From: Rhodospirillaceae bacterium
Lineage (GTDB): Bacteria; Pseudomonadota; Alphaproteobacteria; CACIAM-22H2
Direction of reading: 5' to 3'
Assembly (NCBI GenBank): GCA_009694125.1
Contig: SHVT01000003.1
Span: forward strand, 1-52,776
Length of the DNA: 52,776 nucleotides
Shown here: positions 1 through 11,890 of the stretch, in pieces
How positions within the stretch are numbered: position 1 is the first letter of the stretch
Layout of the letters: every line of letters begins with the position of its first letter
Notes under the pieces: generated by a model
Told to the model about the DNA's origin: nothing
Seen by the model: only the letters and a program-made list of their open reading frames with translations
The model's database searches: none
Position numbers and translations under genes: made by a program

Positions 1-34
1 TGTAGCGCTCGAACGAGTCTTCAAACCGGATCAC
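1..34 (-). CDS. 5' end of a gene running off the left edge (MIRFEDSFERY...), product unknown
   Basis: Minus-strand GGAGG followed by an in-frame GTG at 34; frame is open to the window edge; only 11 codons visible. Confidence 0.4.
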   Translation of the reverse strand, partial: MIRFEDSFERY

Positions 35-249
35 AAAAGCCTCCCATAGCATCGTCGTCCGTCGCATTCGCCTGCCCTCCAGAACAGGTGGCGAACATGC
101 CGGACAACTCACGCGCTACAAAAGGCGGACAACTCGTGCGTCAACGACACCCGATCGCGGCCTACTCGTCAGCCGTATCGCGCAGGGCTAGAATAGGCGT
201 GTCCTCGATCCGGCCTCGGACCGGCGGGGCGGGAAGCCGACCCGCGACA

Positions 250-1242
250 ATGTCCCAGCCAGCCACGCAAGAGTCACCGGCCCCCAGGGCGGAATTCGCC
301 GTCAGCGTCGATCTGACCGCGGTCGTCGTGGCCGTGACCGACGACCAACCGCGCGTTCTGATCGTACGCCCGGCGGAGGTTTCGACCGGCGAAAGGCTGG
401 ACGCATTGCCCTCCGGCCCTCTTGAACTCGGCCACCGGACGCTCGAATCCGGCCTGCGCGCCTGGGTGGAGGCGCAGGCCCGCGCCAAACTCGGCTACAT
501 CGAGCAGCTCTACACCTTTGGCGACCGCGACCGCACCGCCCTGAAGGTGCCGACCGGCCGCATCCTTTCGATCGGTTACCTGGCGCTGGCGCGAGAAACC
601 GGAGCGGCGGCCGCCAACACCTCGTGGCAGGATTGGTATCGGTATTTTCCGTGGGAGGATTGGCGGCGCGGCCGGCCCTCCATCCTCGATCGGCTGGAGC
701 CGACGCTGCGCGCTTGGGTGGCGGCGGGGCCATCGCGGGTGGAACAGACCACGCGCAAAACTCGGATCAGCGTGGCCTTCGGGCTTGATGGGGCCCGCTG
801 GAGCGAGGAACGGGTGTTGGAGCGATACGAGCTGCTATACGAGATCGGCCTGGCCTTTGAGGCTCACCGCGACGGCTCGCCGACCGGATGCGCGCAATCC
901 GATGTGCCCACGGAGGCGCAACCGATGACCGCCGACCACCGCCGTATCCTGGCCACCGGCATCGCCCGGCTGCGCGGCAAGATCAAGTATCGCCCGGTCG
1001 TCTTCGAGCTGATGCCGCCGGCGTTCACCTTGTTACAACTCCAGCGCACCGTGGAGGCATTGGCCGGGCTGCGCCTGCACAAACAGAATTTTCGGCGGCT
1101 GGTCGCCCAACAGGGCCTGGTCGAGGAGACCGGGGGAATAGTCACCGGCACCGGCGGCCGCCCCGCCCGCGAGGTCCGTTTCCGCCACGAAGTGCTCATC
1201 GAACGGCCGGCGCCGGGCCTCCGCCTGCCAATCGCCCGCTAA
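250..1242 (+). CDS. nadQ: NadQ/NrtR-like Nudix-related transcriptional regulator of NAD synthesis
   Basis: Nudix-like N-terminus (LGYIEQLYTFGDRDR), C-terminal winged helix (DHRRILATGIARLRGKIKYRP...FTLLQLQ...HKQNFRR...GGRPA); directly upstream of nadABC; ATG 250 chosen over the ORF-track start at 88. Confidence 0.85.
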   Translation: MSQPATQESPAPRAEFAVSVDLTAVVVAVTDDQPRVLIVRPAEVSTGERLDALPSGPLELGHRTLESGLRAWVEAQARAKLGYIEQLYTFGDRDRTALKVPTGRILSIGYLALARETGAAAANTSWQDWYRYFPWEDWRRGRPSILDRLEPTLRAWVAAGPSRVEQTTRKTRISVAFGLDGARWSEERVLERYELLYEIGLAFEAHRDGSPTGCAQSDVPTEAQPMTADHRRILATGIARLRGKIKYRPVVFELMPPAFTLLQLQRTVEALAGLRLHKQNFRRLVAQQGLVEETGGIVTGTGGRPAREVRFRHEVLIERPAPGLRLPIAR

Positions 1243-1274
1243 CGCCGCAAATCCCCCCGGTTGGCAAAATCCGC

Positions 1275-1302
1275 TTGACTTTCTTATGCTCAAGATTAGC
1301 AT
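1275..1302 (+). promoter_or_regulatory. Putative sigma70 promoter of nadABC
   Basis: TTGACT (1275-1280), 16 nt spacer, TAGCAT (1297-1302); overlaps operator 1. Confidence 0.55.
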
Positions 1303-1304
1303 AA
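1284..1304. promoter_or_regulatory. NadQ operator 1
   Basis: TTATGCTCAAGATTAGCATAA, a 21-bp near-palindrome with one mismatch to the NadQ-type consensus ttATRCTCannntGAGYATaa. Confidence 0.8.
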
Positions 1305-1334
1305 TAGGCGTCTTTCGGGTCACCTCGCGCGCAC

Positions 1335-1355
1335 TAATGCTCATTTTGAGCATAG
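1335..1355. promoter_or_regulatory. NadQ operator 2
   Basis: TAATGCTCATTTTGAGCATAG with perfect ATGCTCA-N3-TGAGCAT core, abutting the nadA RBS AGGAGG (1354-1359). Confidence 0.85.
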
Positions 1356-1364
1356 GAGGCGTCA

Positions 1365-2384
1365 ATGACGATACTGGCCGAGGTCCAGCCGGCGACCAAA
1401 TCCCGCGCCAAACGGGCCGAAAGCACCGCGCTCTATGAGCGCGTGCGCCGTGTCGTGCCGGCCGTGGAATGGCCGGTCTTCGCCCCCGACATCGACGCGA
1501 TCCTGACGCTAAAGCGCGAGAAGAACGCCGTCATCCTGGCGCATAACTACCAGACCCCGGAGATCTTCCACTGCGTCGCCGATATTGTTGGGGATTCGCT
1601 GGCGCTGGCGCGCGAGGCCGCGCGCACCCAGGCCGATGTCATCGTCATGGCCGGCGTCCACTTCATGGCGGAAACCGCGAAGCTGCTCAACCCGGCGAAG
1701 ACCGTCCTGATCCCGGACTTGAAGGCCGGCTGTTCGCTGGCCGAATCCATCACCGCCGCCGATGTTCGCCTGCTGCGCGAGCGTTATCCCGGCGTGCCGG
1801 TGGTCAGCTACGTCAACACCTCGGCCGAAGTTAAGGCCGAGTCCGACATTTGCTGCACATCGGGCAACGCCCGCGCCGTCGTCAAATCAATGGGCACGGA
1901 TAGCGTCATCATGCTGCCCGACGAGTTCCTGGCCCAAAACATCGCGGCCGAGACAAAGGTGAAGATCATTGCCTGGAAGGGTCGATGCGAGGTCCATGAA
2001 CGTTTCAGCGCCGCCGACATCCACGAGCTTCGTGCCAGCCATCCGGGAATTATCGTGCTCGCCCATCCCGAATGCCCGCCCGAAGTGGTCGCGGAGGCCG
2101 ACTACACCGGTTCGACCAAGGGAATGAGCGATTATGTCGCCCGCGAAAAGCCGGCTCGGGTCGTGCTGATCACGGAATGTTCGATGAGCGACAATGTCGC
2201 CGTCCAGTACCCGGAGATCGACTTCGTGCGGCCCTGCAATCTTTGCCCGCATATGAAGCGGATCACCCTGCCCAAAATCCGCCGCGCGCTGGAAACCATG
2301 ACCCACCCCGTCCACATCGACCCGGCCATCGCGGCGCGGGCGCGGCGCGCGGTCGACCGGATGCTGGCGGTCGGGCCGCGTTGA
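1365..2384 (+). CDS. nadA: Quinolinate synthase
   Basis: [43 protein letters not shown] motifs; AGGAGG RBS. Confidence 0.97.
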   Translation: MTILAEVQPATKSRAKRAESTALYERVRRVVPAVEWPVFAPDIDAILTLKREKNAVILAHNYQTPEIFHCVADIVGDSLALAREAARTQADVIVMAGVHFMAETAKLLNPAKTVLIPDLKAGCSLAESITAADVRLLRERYPGVPVVSYVNTSAEVKAESDICCTSGNARAVVKSMGTDSVIMLPDEFLAQNIAAETKVKIIAWKGRCEVHERFSAADIHELRASHPGIIVLAHPECPPEVVAEADYTGSTKGMSDYVAREKPARVVLITECSMSDNVAVQYPEIDFVRPCNLCPHMKRITLPKIRRALETMTHPVHIDPAIAARARRAVDRMLAVGPR

Positions 2385-3952
2385 GCGGCAGAACGTCCAC
2401 GCTGCGAACCGAAGCGGTCGTCGTCGGCGCCGGCATTGCCGGCCTGACCGCGGCGCTGCGTTTGGCGCCGATGCGGGTTGTTGTGCTGGGCGCCGCCCCG
2501 CTCGGCGAAGCGGCGGCCAGCGCCTGGGCGCAGGGCGGCGTCTCCGCGGCGCTCGATGCCGCTGACAGTCCCGAGATTCACGCCGCCGACACACTCGCCG
2601 TCGCCGGCGGCATCGCCGACCTCGCGATCGCGGCCGGCGTCACCGCCGAGGCGCAAGCCCGCATCGAGGAATTGGGCGCGCTCGGCGTGCGTTTCGACCG
2701 GACCGGCGACGGCAAACTTCGTCTCGGCCGCGAGGGCGGTCACAGCCGCCATCGGATCGTCCATGCCATCGGTGACGGCACCGGCGGCGAAATCATGCGG
2801 GTTTTGACCGCTGCCGCCCGCGCCAGCGAACACATCACCCTGCTCGACGGCGCGCTCGCGCGGTCGTTGCTCGCCCCCGGAGCGGTCGTTGGGGTGCTGG
2901 TGGAACGCGGCGGCGAAACCGTTCAACTGCTCGCCGATTCCGTCGTTCTCGCCACCGGCGGGATTGGCGGGATCTATCGCTTCACCAGCAACCCGCTGAC
3001 GGCGCGCGGGCTGGGGCTGGCGCTGGCCGCCCGCGCCGGCGCGGTTCTGTCCGATCTCGAATTTGTTCAATTTCATCCGACCGCGCTGGATGTCGGGCGC
3101 GACCCCATGCCGCTGGTCACCGAGGCGCTGCGCGGCGAAGGCGCGGTGTTGCTCGATGCGGCCGGGCAGCGTTTCATGCCGGCGCTGCATGAACTGGCGG
3201 AACTCGCCCCCCGCGATGTCGTCGCCCGCGCCGTTGCCCGACACCGGGCCTCCGGCCGCGTCTTCCTCGACGCCCGCGCCGCCCTCGGCGAATCCTTCCC
3301 CCAGCGTTTTCCGACGGTCTTCACGGCCTGCCAAGCCGCCGGGCTGGACCCGCGGACAACACCGATCCCAATCGCGCCGGCCGCGCATTACCACATGGGC
3401 GGGGTCTCCACCGATGGCGTCGGGCGCAGCTCCCTGGCCGGGCTTTGGGCCGTGGGCGAGGTCGCGGCCACCGGGTTGCACGGCGCCAACCGGCTGGCCA
3501 GCAACTCCTTGCTCGAAGCCCTGGTCTTCGCCACCCGCGCCGCTCATGACATCAAAGGACGCACGCCCGCCTCGGCGAGACCCACGCCCGTCACCCCGGC
3601 GATGACCGCTGGGGCGGTCGAAACGCCCGCCTTTGCCCGGGTGCGCACGTTGATGACCGAAGCCATCGGCGTCGAGCGCGAGGAACACACCATGCGCCGG
3701 GCGCTCGCCGAATTGCGGGGCTTGCGGGCGGAAATCGAGCCGGTTTCATGGCCGCAATGCGCGGCAACCCTGGTCGCCGAATTGGTCGCGACCGCCGCCC
3801 TGCGCCGGCGTGAAAGCCGCGGCGCCCATTTCCGCGCCGATCATCCGGCCGCCCAACCCGCTTTGGCGCGGCGCAGCTATCTGACATTGGCGGAGGTCGG
3901 CACCGACATTGACGCCGAGGCCGGGGTCCCCAGGCGAAAGGCCACCCCGTGA
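2381..3952 (+). CDS. nadB: L-aspartate oxidase
   Basis: GAGIAGL FAD motif, [58 protein letters not shown]; TTG 2381 overlaps the nadA stop (TTGA). Confidence 0.95.
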   Translation: MSGRTSTLRTEAVVVGAGIAGLTAALRLAPMRVVVLGAAPLGEAAASAWAQGGVSAALDAADSPEIHAADTLAVAGGIADLAIAAGVTAEAQARIEELGALGVRFDRTGDGKLRLGREGGHSRHRIVHAIGDGTGGEIMRVLTAAARASEHITLLDGALARSLLAPGAVVGVLVERGGETVQLLADSVVLATGGIGGIYRFTSNPLTARGLGLALAARAGAVLSDLEFVQFHPTALDVGRDPMPLVTEALRGEGAVLLDAAGQRFMPALHELAELAPRDVVARAVARHRASGRVFLDARAALGESFPQRFPTVFTACQAAGLDPRTTPIPIAPAAHYHMGGVSTDGVGRSSLAGLWAVGEVAATGLHGANRLASNSLLEALVFATRAAHDIKGRTPASARPTPVTPAMTAGAVETPAFARVRTLMTEAIGVEREEHTMRRALAELRGLRAEIEPVSWPQCAATLVAELVATAALRRRESRGAHFRADHPAAQPALARRSYLTLAEVGTDIDAEAGVPRRKATP

Positions 3953-4803
3953 CGCTCGCGCCGCTGCCCGACTTGCTCACCGAGCCGTTGGTCCGTGCCG
4001 CGCTGCTTGAAGATTTGGGCGCCGCCGGCGACATCACTACGGCCAGCGTCGTGCCCGAGTCGACGCGCGCGCGCGCCGTCATCGCCACGCGGCAGAACGG
4101 CACCGTCGCCGGCCTCGATTGCGCGCGGCTCGCCTTCCACTTGCTGGATCCGGGCATCGCTATCGCCATCCACCGGCCTGAGGGCAGCAAGGTCGCGGCG
4201 GGCGACATCATCGCCGTGGTCAGCGGCCCGGCACGGCCGATCTTGAGCGGCGAACGTGTCGCCCTCAATTTCATGGGGCATTTGTCGGGCGTGGCGACGG
4301 CAACCGCGACCCTGGTCGAGGCCATCGCCGGTCAGCGCGCCCGCCTCGTCTGCACACGCAAGACCACGCCGGGCCTGCGGGCCCTTGAGAAACACGCCGT
4401 TCGAGCGGGCGGCGGCCTTAATCACCGATTCGGTCTCGATGACGGCGTTCTCATCAAGGACAACCACATCGCCGCTGCGGGCGGCCTGCGGCCGGCGATC
4501 GACCGCGCCCGCCGCGCCATCGGCCATATGGTCAAGATCGAGGCCGAGGTCGAGACCCTGGCCCAACTGGAAGAGGCGCTGGCGGCCGGCGTCGATGCCG
4601 TGCTTCTGGACAACATGGCGCCGAAACTGCTCGCCGAGGCGGTGACGATGATCGGAGGCCGCGCGATCAGCGAGGCGTCGGGCGGTGTCACCCGCGAGAC
4701 GGTGTTGGAAATCGCCGCGACCGGAGTCGATCTGATCTCCGTGGGGTGGATCACCCACAGCGCGCCCGCGCTCGACCTCGGACTCGATTTCGACTCACAC
4801 TAA
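3949..4803 (+). CDS. nadC: Quinolinate phosphoribosyltransferase
   Basis: ALLEDLG.GDITT, ERVALN, TRKTTPGLR, HRFGLDD.LIKDNH, LLDNM, EASGG; GTGA overlap with nadB. Confidence 0.97.
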   Translation: MTLAPLPDLLTEPLVRAALLEDLGAAGDITTASVVPESTRARAVIATRQNGTVAGLDCARLAFHLLDPGIAIAIHRPEGSKVAAGDIIAVVSGPARPILSGERVALNFMGHLSGVATATATLVEAIAGQRARLVCTRKTTPGLRALEKHAVRAGGGLNHRFGLDDGVLIKDNHIAAAGGLRPAIDRARRAIGHMVKIEAEVETLAQLEEALAAGVDAVLLDNMAPKLLAEAVTMIGGRAISEASGGVTRETVLEIAATGVDLISVGWITHSAPALDLGLDFDSH

Positions 4804-4844
4804 CGGCCGATGCCGGCCAACCCCAAATGCGCTATCATGCGCCC

Positions 4845-5279
4845 GTGAGCAGCATCCCGATTTCGGTTTCCGGCCTGACGGCCAGTGCGGCGCGCCTCGC
4901 GGCTAGTGCGTCCAACGTCGCCAATGCCCGCACCCGCGGGCCGGTGCCGCAAACGCCGGCGACGACCCCGCCGCCCGTCGACCAAAAGGACAAACCCGAG
5001 GTCTATCGGGCCATCGACACCGTGCAGACCAGCACGCGTGAGGGCGCCAATGTCGGCGGCACGCGCGCCACCTACCGGACACGGCAGCCGGAGTTCGTTC
5101 AGGAATACGATCCGTCATCGCCGCTCGCCAACGACGACGGCCTGGTGGCGGCGCCCAATGTCGACCCGGCCGGCGAAATCGTCGAACAGAAACAGGCCGA
5201 GGGCGCGTACAAGGCGAATCTGAAGGCCGTTCAGGTCGCCGACGACATGATGAAGAGCCTGCTCGACATCAAGGCCTGA
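4845..5279 (+). CDS. Orphan FlgC-like flagellar rod-family protein
   Basis: N-terminal SVSGL...AASASNVANA and C-terminal YDPSSPLA..DGLVAAPNVD..EIV....A..AYKANLKAVQVADDMMKSLLDIKA; GTG 4845 preferred, ATG 4827 possible. Confidence 0.8.
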   Translation: MSSIPISVSGLTASAARLAASASNVANARTRGPVPQTPATTPPPVDQKDKPEVYRAIDTVQTSTREGANVGGTRATYRTRQPEFVQEYDPSSPLANDDGLVAAPNVDPAGEIVEQKQAEGAYKANLKAVQVADDMMKSLLDIKA

Positions 5280-5363
5280 TCCGCAGCCGCTTCAACCCGG
5301 TCGGCGTCGCGCGTCAGACCTACGACTGATACCGCCGGCCCGCTGACTGAATATCCTGCCGGC

Positions 5364-5762
5364 ATGAATGTCATGCCAACATCGGTCTCGGGCCTCGCGA
5401 TGATGCTCGCGGCAAGCGCCTCGAACCCCGCAGCCGGCCCGGCCCGCGGCCCGGCGACGCAACCGTCTTCCGCGCAATCGCTGCCTGAACCAGCCGTCGC
5501 GCAAGGCGCCGCGCGGCAGGCCAGTCCATCCGCCGGTTCCGTCGCTGTCGACGATCGCGAAAACACCAGCGGCGCCCGGCCTCGCTCGGTCCAATTGTCG
5601 CCGCGGCCGGGTTACATTCCGCAATACGACCCATCGTCGCCCAATGGCGATCCGGGCGCCGATGTCGTGAAACAGAAACGCGCCGAAGACGCCTATCGAG
5701 CCAGTCTGAAGGCCGGGTACATCGCCGATGAAATGATGAGCCTGATCGACATCAAGACCTGA
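5364..5762 (+). CDS. Diverged tandem paralog of the FlgC-like protein
   Basis: SVSGL..LAASASN, YDPSSP, KQKRAEDAYRASLKA..IADEMMSLIDIKT align with the upstream gene; contains internal deletions. Confidence 0.7.
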   Translation: MNVMPTSVSGLAMMLAASASNPAAGPARGPATQPSSAQSLPEPAVAQGAARQASPSAGSVAVDDRENTSGARPRSVQLSPRPGYIPQYDPSSPNGDPGADVVKQKRAEDAYRASLKAGYIADEMMSLIDIKT

Positions 5763-5774
5763 TCCAAGGCCATG

Positions 5775-7226
5775 TCAGCGCGGCAGGCTGCTGCGCCCCA
5801 TCAGCAATTCATCAACCGCGCGCGCGCATTGGCGACCTTCGCGAATCGCCCAGACGACCAGCGACTGACCGCGGCGCATGTCGCCCGCGGCAAAAAGCCT
5901 CGGCACCGATGTCCGGTAATTGTCGACGTCGGCCTTCACATTGCCGCGTGCATCCAGCGCCGCGCCCGATTGTTCGATCATCCCGGCCCGGCGCGGCCCG
6001 ACGAATCCCATGGCCAGCAAGACCAGATCGGCCCGCAGGCGGAATTCGCCCCCGGCGATCTCCTTCATCTGACTGCGCCCATGGGCGTCCTTCACCCATT
6101 CCATCCGCATGCATTCAAGCGCCTCGACCCGGCCATTGGCACCGATCGCCCGCTTGGTCACCACCGACCAATCGCGCTCGCAGCCTTCCTCTTGCGATGA
6201 GGACGTACGCAGCCGCAGCGGCCAATCGGGCCAGCTCAATCCCTTGTTTTCCTTCTCCGGCGGCTTGGGCATGATCTCGAGCTGCACGATGGAAGCGGCG
6301 CTCTGGCGCCCCGAGGTGCCGATGCAATCCGATCCGGTGTCGCCGCCGCCGATGACGATGACATGTTTGTCCTTGGCGGTAATGAGGCCCTGAGGGGCGG
6401 CCTTGCGTTCGTCGTCGCCGGCCACGCGTTTGTTCTGCTGGGTCAGGAAATCCATGGCGAAATGGATGCCTTGCAGTTCTCGGCCCGGCACCTCCAGGTC
6501 GCGCGGCGCCTCGGCGCCGCCGGTCAAGGCGACCGCGTCGTATTCCTCGAGCAGTACCTTCAGCGGAACGGCAACGCCGACTTCGACGCCGGTCCGAAAT
6601 TCCACGCCCTCCGCCGCCATCTGAGCCATGCGGCGATCGATCGGGCCCTTCTCCATCTTGAAGTCGGGGATCCCATAACGGAGCAACCCGCCGATGCGAT
6701 CGTGTTTTTCAAACACGACGACGTTATGCCCGGCACGCGCCAATTGCTGCGCGCAAGCCAAGCCCGCGGGCCCGGAACCGACGACACCAACACGTTTTCC
6801 CGTCCGCCGCGACGGGAGCACCGGCGCAATCCAACCCTCATCCCATCCCCGATCGACGATCAAACATTCGATGGTCTTGATGGTGACGGGATTGTCGTCG
6901 ATGTTCAGCGTGCACGACGCTTCGCAGGGCGCCGGACAGACGCGGCCGGTGAATTCGGGAAAATTATTGGTCGAATGCAACGCATCGAGCGCGGCCTTCC
7001 ACTGGTCCCGATACACCAGATTGTTCCAATCCGGGATCAGGTTGTTGACCGGGCAGCCCTGGTGGCAGAACGGAATGCCGCAATCCATGCAACGCGCGGC
7101 TTGGCGGCCGACTTCGAGATAGGCCATCGGCTGGACGAGTTCGGTCCAGGTCTTGCGGCGCGCCTCGACCTTGACATAGCCACGGTCCTGACGCGCGATT
7201 TCGAGGAAACCGGTCGGTCTGCCCAT
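5775..7226 (-). CDS. gltD: Glutamate synthase small subunit
   Basis: [80 protein letters not shown]. Confidence 0.97.
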   Translation of the reverse strand: MGRPTGFLEIARQDRGYVKVEARRKTWTELVQPMAYLEVGRQAARCMDCGIPFCHQGCPVNNLIPDWNNLVYRDQWKAALDALHSTNNFPEFTGRVCPAPCEASCTLNIDDNPVTIKTIECLIVDRGWDEGWIAPVLPSRRTGKRVGVVGSGPAGLACAQQLARAGHNVVVFEKHDRIGGLLRYGIPDFKMEKGPIDRRMAQMAAEGVEFRTGVEVGVAVPLKVLLEEYDAVALTGGAEAPRDLEVPGRELQGIHFAMDFLTQQNKRVAGDDERKAAPQGLITAKDKHVIVIGGGDTGSDCIGTSGRQSAASIVQLEIMPKPPEKENKGLSWPDWPLRLRTSSSQEEGCERDWSVVTKRAIGANGRVEALECMRMEWVKDAHGRSQMKEIAGGEFRLRADLVLLAMGFVGPRRAGMIEQSGAALDARGNVKADVDNYRTSVPRLFAAGDMRRGQSLVVWAIREGRQCARAVDELLMGRSSLPR

Positions 7227-7249
7227 GAACTGACTCGCAAAAAAACTGA

Positions 7250-10200
7250 CTATTCGGCGGCGACCTTGGCCGCTTTCTTTTCCGCCTTCAACTCCAGCAA
7301 GGCACGGCGGTAATCCCGGGGCGTGACCTTGACGAAGCGCCTGACCGATTCATCCCAGGTTGAAAGCAGGTGCCGCGCCCGCGCGCTGCCGGTGTAAAGG
7401 ACGTGGCGCTCGATCAGAATCCGCAGGCGCTCGGCATCGAAACGCAGCATGTCGCCCATGCCGCTATTTTCCGCGCTGACCGAACGCGCGCGCGGACGAT
7501 CGGCGTCCTCGGCGGGGGCAGCGTCCGCCGGCGCGACCGGCTCGACATCGACCATGGCCACATTGCACAGATCCTTGAAGCGACCGTCCGGGTCGTAAGC
7601 ATAGGCGATGCCGCCCGACATGCCCGCGGCGAAATTGCGGCCGGTTTCGCCCAACACGGCGACGACGCCCCCGGTCATGTATTCACAACCGTGATCGCCC
7701 GTGCCCTCGACCACGGTGACCGCGCCGGAATTGCGCACGGCGAAACGTTCACCCGCGACGCCCTCGAAATAGGCCTCGCCGGCGATGGCGCCATACAGCA
7801 CGGTGTTGCCGATGATGATGTTCTCGGATGGGATGCGGCGGGACTCGGCGGGCTGACGCACGATCAGCTTGCCGCCGGACAGACCTTTGCCGACATAGTC
7901 ATTGGCGTCGCCGGTCAATTCCAGCGTGACGCCGCGGGCGAGGAAAGCGCCGAAGCTTTGACCGGCATTGCCACGGAAGCGGGCGATGATGGTGTCTTCC
8001 GGCAGGCCGGCGTGGCCATATTTCTTGGCGACCTGTCCCGACAACATGGTGCCGACGGTGCGATGAACGTTGCGGATGGCGCGTTCGATGCGAACCGGCT
8101 CGCTTTTCTCCAGCGCCGGCTTGGCCGCCGCGATCAATTCATGGTCGAGCGCATGTTCAAGGCCGTGATTCTGCTTCTCGCAATTGTGGACAGCCACACC
8201 CTTCCGCGCAGGCGCCTGATGGAGGATGCGGCTGAGATCGACACCCTTGGCCTTCCAATGATCGAGGGCGGGGCGCATATCCAGCCGGTCGACGCGCCCG
8301 ACCATCTCGTCGAGTGTGCGGAAGCCCAGTTTCGCCATGATTTCGCGCAATTCTTCGGCGACGAAAAAGAAGTAATTGATCGCGTGTTCCGGCTGCCCGG
8401 TGAACCGCTTGCGCAGCACCGGGTCCTGCGTGGCGACGCCGACCGGACAGGTGTTCAAGTGGCATTTGCGCATCATGATGCAGCCGATGGCGATCAGCGG
8501 CGCGGTGGCGAACCCGAACTCGTCGGCCCCCAGCAACGCACCGATGGCCACGTCGCGACCGGTGCGCAAACCGCCATCGACCTGAACCGCGATGCGCCCG
8601 CGCAGCCCGTTGAGCACCAAAGTCTGCTGCGTTTCCGCAAGGCCGATCTCCCAAGGCGAGCCGGCATGGGTGAGCGAGGTCAGCGGCGAGGCGCCGGTGC
8701 CGCCATCGAAGCCGGCGATGGTCACGTGATCGGCGCGCGCCTTGCTGACGCCGGCGGCCACGGTGCCGACGCCGACCTCGGAAACCAGCTTCACCGAGAC
8801 GCGGGCGGCGGGATTGGCGTTTTTGAGATCGTGGATAAGCTGCGCCAAATCCTCGATCGAATAGATGTCGTGATGCGGCGGCGGCGAAATCAGACCGACG
8901 CCGGGCGTCGAATGGCGCACGCGCGCGATATTTTTGTCGACCTTGTGGCCGGGAAGCTGCCCGCCTTCGCCCGGCTTGGCGCCCTGCGCCATCTTGATCT
9001 GAAGATCGTCGGCGTTGACCAGATATTCCGCGGTCACGCCGAAGCGGCCCGACGCCACCTGTTTGATCGCCGACCGCATGGAATCGCCGTTGGGCATCGG
9101 CGTGAAGCGATCGGCCTCCTCGCCGCCTTCGCCCGTATTGGATTTGCCGCCGATGCGGTTCATGGCTATGGCCAGCGTGGTGTGCGCCTCGCGGCTGATC
9201 GAACCGAAACTCATGGCGCCGGTCGCGAAGCGTTTGACGATCGCCGCCGCCGGCTCGACCTCGGCCAACGGCACAGGTTTGTCGGCGAATTTGAACCGCA
9301 TCAGCCCGCGAATGGTGAGCAGCCGCTCGTTTTGTTCGTTGATGGTGGCGGCGAACGCCTTGTAGTCGTCGATGGAATTGCCGCGGACCGCGTGCTGAAG
9401 TCGGCCCACCGACTCGAAGGTCCAGGCGTGATCTTCGCCGCGGATTCGGAAAGCGTAGTCGCCGCCTGCATCAAGCATGGTGCGGTAGATCGGGTTGTCG
9501 CCAAAGGCCTGATCGTGCCGCTCGACCGCCTCGCGGGCGATCTCGGCGAGTCCGGCGCCTTCGATGGTCGTGGCGGTGCCGGTGAAGTATTTCTCGATGA
9601 GGGCGGTGGACAGACCAACGGCGTCGAAAATCTGGGCGCCGCAATAGGATTGGTAGGTTGAGATGCCCATCTTGGACATCACCTTCAAGATGCCCTTGCC
9701 GACACCCTTGATATAGTTCTTCTGGACCTCGTAAGGCTTCAGCGTTAGCCCGTTCTGCACCCGGATTTGTTCCAGGGTCTCGAAGGCGAGATAGGGATTG
9801 ACCGCCTCCGCGCCATAACCCGCGAGCGCGCAGAAATGGTGGACTTCACGCGCCTCCCCGGTCTCCACGACCAGCCCGGTATCGGTACGCAGCCCCTGGC
9901 GGATCAAATGATGATGCACCGCGGCGGTGGCGAGCAGCGCGGGGATAGGGATGTGTTCGACCGAGGCTGCGCGATCGGACAGAATCAAAATGTTCTTGCC
10001 GGCGAGAACCGCTTCCGTCGCTTCGCGGCACAGGCGGTCCAGAGCGGTCTCGATACCGCCCGCGCCTTCCGCCGCCGGCCAGGTGGCGTCGATGGTCTGC
10101 GTGCTGAACGCCCCGTTCGCCAACGTCGAAATGGAGAGGATTTTTTCGAGATCGGCGTTGGTCAGGATCGGTTGCGAAACCTCCAGCCGATAATGCTTCC

Positions 10201-11890
10201 CCGCGTGCAGGCCGAGCAAATTCGGGCGCGGCCCGATCATCGACACCAGCGACATCACCAGTTCTTCGCGGATCGGATCGATCGGCGGGTTGGTGACCTG
10301 GGCGAAGTTCTGCTTGAAGTAGTTGTAGAGCAGCTTCGGTTTGCGCGAGAGCACGGCGACCGGCGTATCGGTGCCCATGGAACCGACCGGATCCTCACCG
10401 TCCTTGGCCAGCGGCTCCAGGAAAAATTGCAGGTCTTCCTGGGTGTAACCGAAGGTCTGCTGGCGTTTACGCAAGGCCGCCGGATCGTTCGACATTACCG
10501 GCGCGGATGCCGATTGTTCCGGCAGATCCTCGAGTTTGCACTGGGTCTGCTTCAGCCACTCGCGATAGGGGTGGGCATCGGCGAGCCCCCGCTTGATTTC
10601 GGAATCGTCGATGATGCGGCCTTCTTCGAGGTCGATCAGCAGCATCTTGCCGGGCTGTAGCCGCCATTTGCGGACGATTTTTTCCTCGGGTACCGGCAAC
10701 ACGCCGGATTCGGAGGCCAGGATCACATGGTCGTCGTCGGTCACGATGTAGCGGGCCGGGCGCAGCCCGTTGCGATCGAGCGTCGCGCCGATCTGCCGGC
10801 CATCGGTGAAGGCGATGGCGGCGGGGCCGTCCCACGGCTCCATCAAGGCGGCGTGGTATTCGTAGAAAGCACGGCGCGCCGGGTCCATCAGCTTGTTACC
10901 CGACCACGCCTCCGGAATCAGCGTGACCATGGCCTGGGCCAGCGAGAAGCCGCCGGCGACCAGCAATTCGAGCGCGTTGTCGATGCAGGCCGTGTCCGAC
11001 TGCCCATGCGGGATCAGGGGCCACATCTTGTCGAGATCGGCGCCGATCAATGGCGAGGACATCGAATGGCGCCGCGCGTACATCCAATTGACGTTGCCGC
11101 GCACCGTGTTGATTTCGCCGTTATGGGCAATGAAGCGATAGGGGTGCGCCAGCCGCCAGGATGGAAAGGTGTTGGTCGAGAACCGTTGATGAACCATGGC
11201 CAGCGCCGACACCGTCAGCGGATTGCGAAGATCGTCGTAGAAACTCTCGACCTGCGGCGCCAGCAGCAGCCCCTTATAGACCACGGTCCTGGTCGAAAAC
11301 GACGGGATGTAAAGCTGGGTGAGGCCGGGCAAATCATGTTTGCGCGCAAGCTCGGCGATCGGGTTCTGCGCCTGTTTGCGGATGGTTAGAAGTTTGCGCT
11401 CGAACGCGGCCTGATCGGCCAGGTTGGGGTTGCGGCCCACGATCGTCTGGCGGATGACCGGCATGGTCTCGATCACACGTTTGCCGAGGCCCGTGGGATC
11501 GACCGGCACGTCGCGCCACCCGATCACGGCCTGGCCTTCGACCTTGATGAAATGCTCGAAATGGGCGACCGCGAAATCGCGCGATTTTTCGTCCTGCGGC
11601 AGAAAACACATGGCCACGGCGTAATGGCCGGGCGGCGGCAGGGTCAGACCTTTTTTTCCCGCCCAGTCGCGCAGCAACGCGTCCGGCATTTGGATAAGGC
11701 AGCCGGCGCCGTCGCCAACCAGCGGGTCGGCGCCGACCGCGCCGCGATGATCGAGATTGACCAGAATTTGCAAGCCGCGGCGGATGATATCGTGCGACTT
11801 GCGGCCCTTGATGTTGACCACGAAGCCGACGCCGCAAGCGTCATGCTCGTTCGCAGGGTCATAGAGCCCTTGTCTGGCCGGCAACGACAT
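7250..11890 (-). CDS. gltB: Glutamate synthase large subunit
   Basis: [74 protein letters not shown]-terminal GXGXG repeats; start ATG 11890 (or 11899). Confidence 0.97.
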   Translation of the reverse strand: MSLPARQGLYDPANEHDACGVGFVVNIKGRKSHDIIRRGLQILVNLDHRGAVGADPLVGDGAGCLIQMPDALLRDWAGKKGLTLPPPGHYAVAMCFLPQDEKSRDFAVAHFEHFIKVEGQAVIGWRDVPVDPTGLGKRVIETMPVIRQTIVGRNPNLADQAAFERKLLTIRKQAQNPIAELARKHDLPGLTQLYIPSFSTRTVVYKGLLLAPQVESFYDDLRNPLTVSALAMVHQRFSTNTFPSWRLAHPYRFIAHNGEINTVRGNVNWMYARRHSMSSPLIGADLDKMWPLIPHGQSDTACIDNALELLVAGGFSLAQAMVTLIPEAWSGNKLMDPARRAFYEYHAALMEPWDGPAAIAFTDGRQIGATLDRNGLRPARYIVTDDDHVILASESGVLPVPEEKIVRKWRLQPGKMLLIDLEEGRIIDDSEIKRGLADAHPYREWLKQTQCKLEDLPEQSASAPVMSNDPAALRKRQQTFGYTQEDLQFFLEPLAKDGEDPVGSMGTDTPVAVLSRKPKLLYNYFKQNFAQVTNPPIDPIREELVMSLVSMIGPRPNLLGLHAGKHYRLEVSQPILTNADLEKILSISTLANGAFSTQTIDATWPAAEGAGGIETALDRLCREATEAVLAGKNILILSDRAASVEHIPIPALLATAAVHHHLIRQGLRTDTGLVVETGEAREVHHFCALAGYGAEAVNPYLAFETLEQIRVQNGLTLKPYEVQKNYIKGVGKGILKVMSKMGISTYQSYCGAQIFDAVGLSTALIEKYFTGTATTIEGAGLAEIAREAVERHDQAFGDNPIYRTMLDAGGDYAFRIRGEDHAWTFESVGRLQHAVRGNSIDDYKAFAATINEQNERLLTIRGLMRFKFADKPVPLAEVEPAAAIVKRFATGAMSFGSISREAHTTLAIAMNRIGGKSNTGEGGEEADRFTPMPNGDSMRSAIKQVASGRFGVTAEYLVNADDLQIKMAQGAKPGEGGQLPGHKVDKNIARVRHSTPGVGLISPPPHHDIYSIEDLAQLIHDLKNANPAARVSVKLVSEVGVGTVAAGVSKARADHVTIAGFDGGTGASPLTSLTHAGSPWEIGLAETQQTLVLNGLRGRIAVQVDGGLRTGRDVAIGALLGADEFGFATAPLIAIGCIMMRKCHLNTCPVGVATQDPVLRKRFTGQPEHAINYFFFVAEELREIMAKLGFRTLDEMVGRVDRLDMRPALDHWKAKGVDLSRILHQAPARKGVAVHNCEKQNHGLEHALDHELIAAAKPALEKSEPVRIERAIRNVHRTVGTMLSGQVAKKYGHAGLPEDTIIARFRGNAGQSFGAFLARGVTLELTGDANDYVGKGLSGGKLIVRQPAESRRIPSENIIIGNTVLYGAIAGEAYFEGVAGERFAVRNSGAVTVVEGTGDHGCEYMTGGVVAVLGETGRNFAAGMSGGIAYAYDPDGRFKDLCNVAMVDVEPVAPADAAPAEDADRPRARSVSAENSGMGDMLRFDAERLRILIERHVLYTGSARARHLLSTWDESVRRFVKVTPRDYRRALLELKAEKKAAKVAAE

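Noticed and set aside
7370-9661. 763-aa plus-strand ORF and similar long antisense ORFs (e.g. 2132-3688, 26478-28253, 29742-32078, 38335-40215, 47804-49222)
   Set aside because: Shadows of well-supported genes on the opposite strand, expected in high-GC DNA; no recognisable motifs
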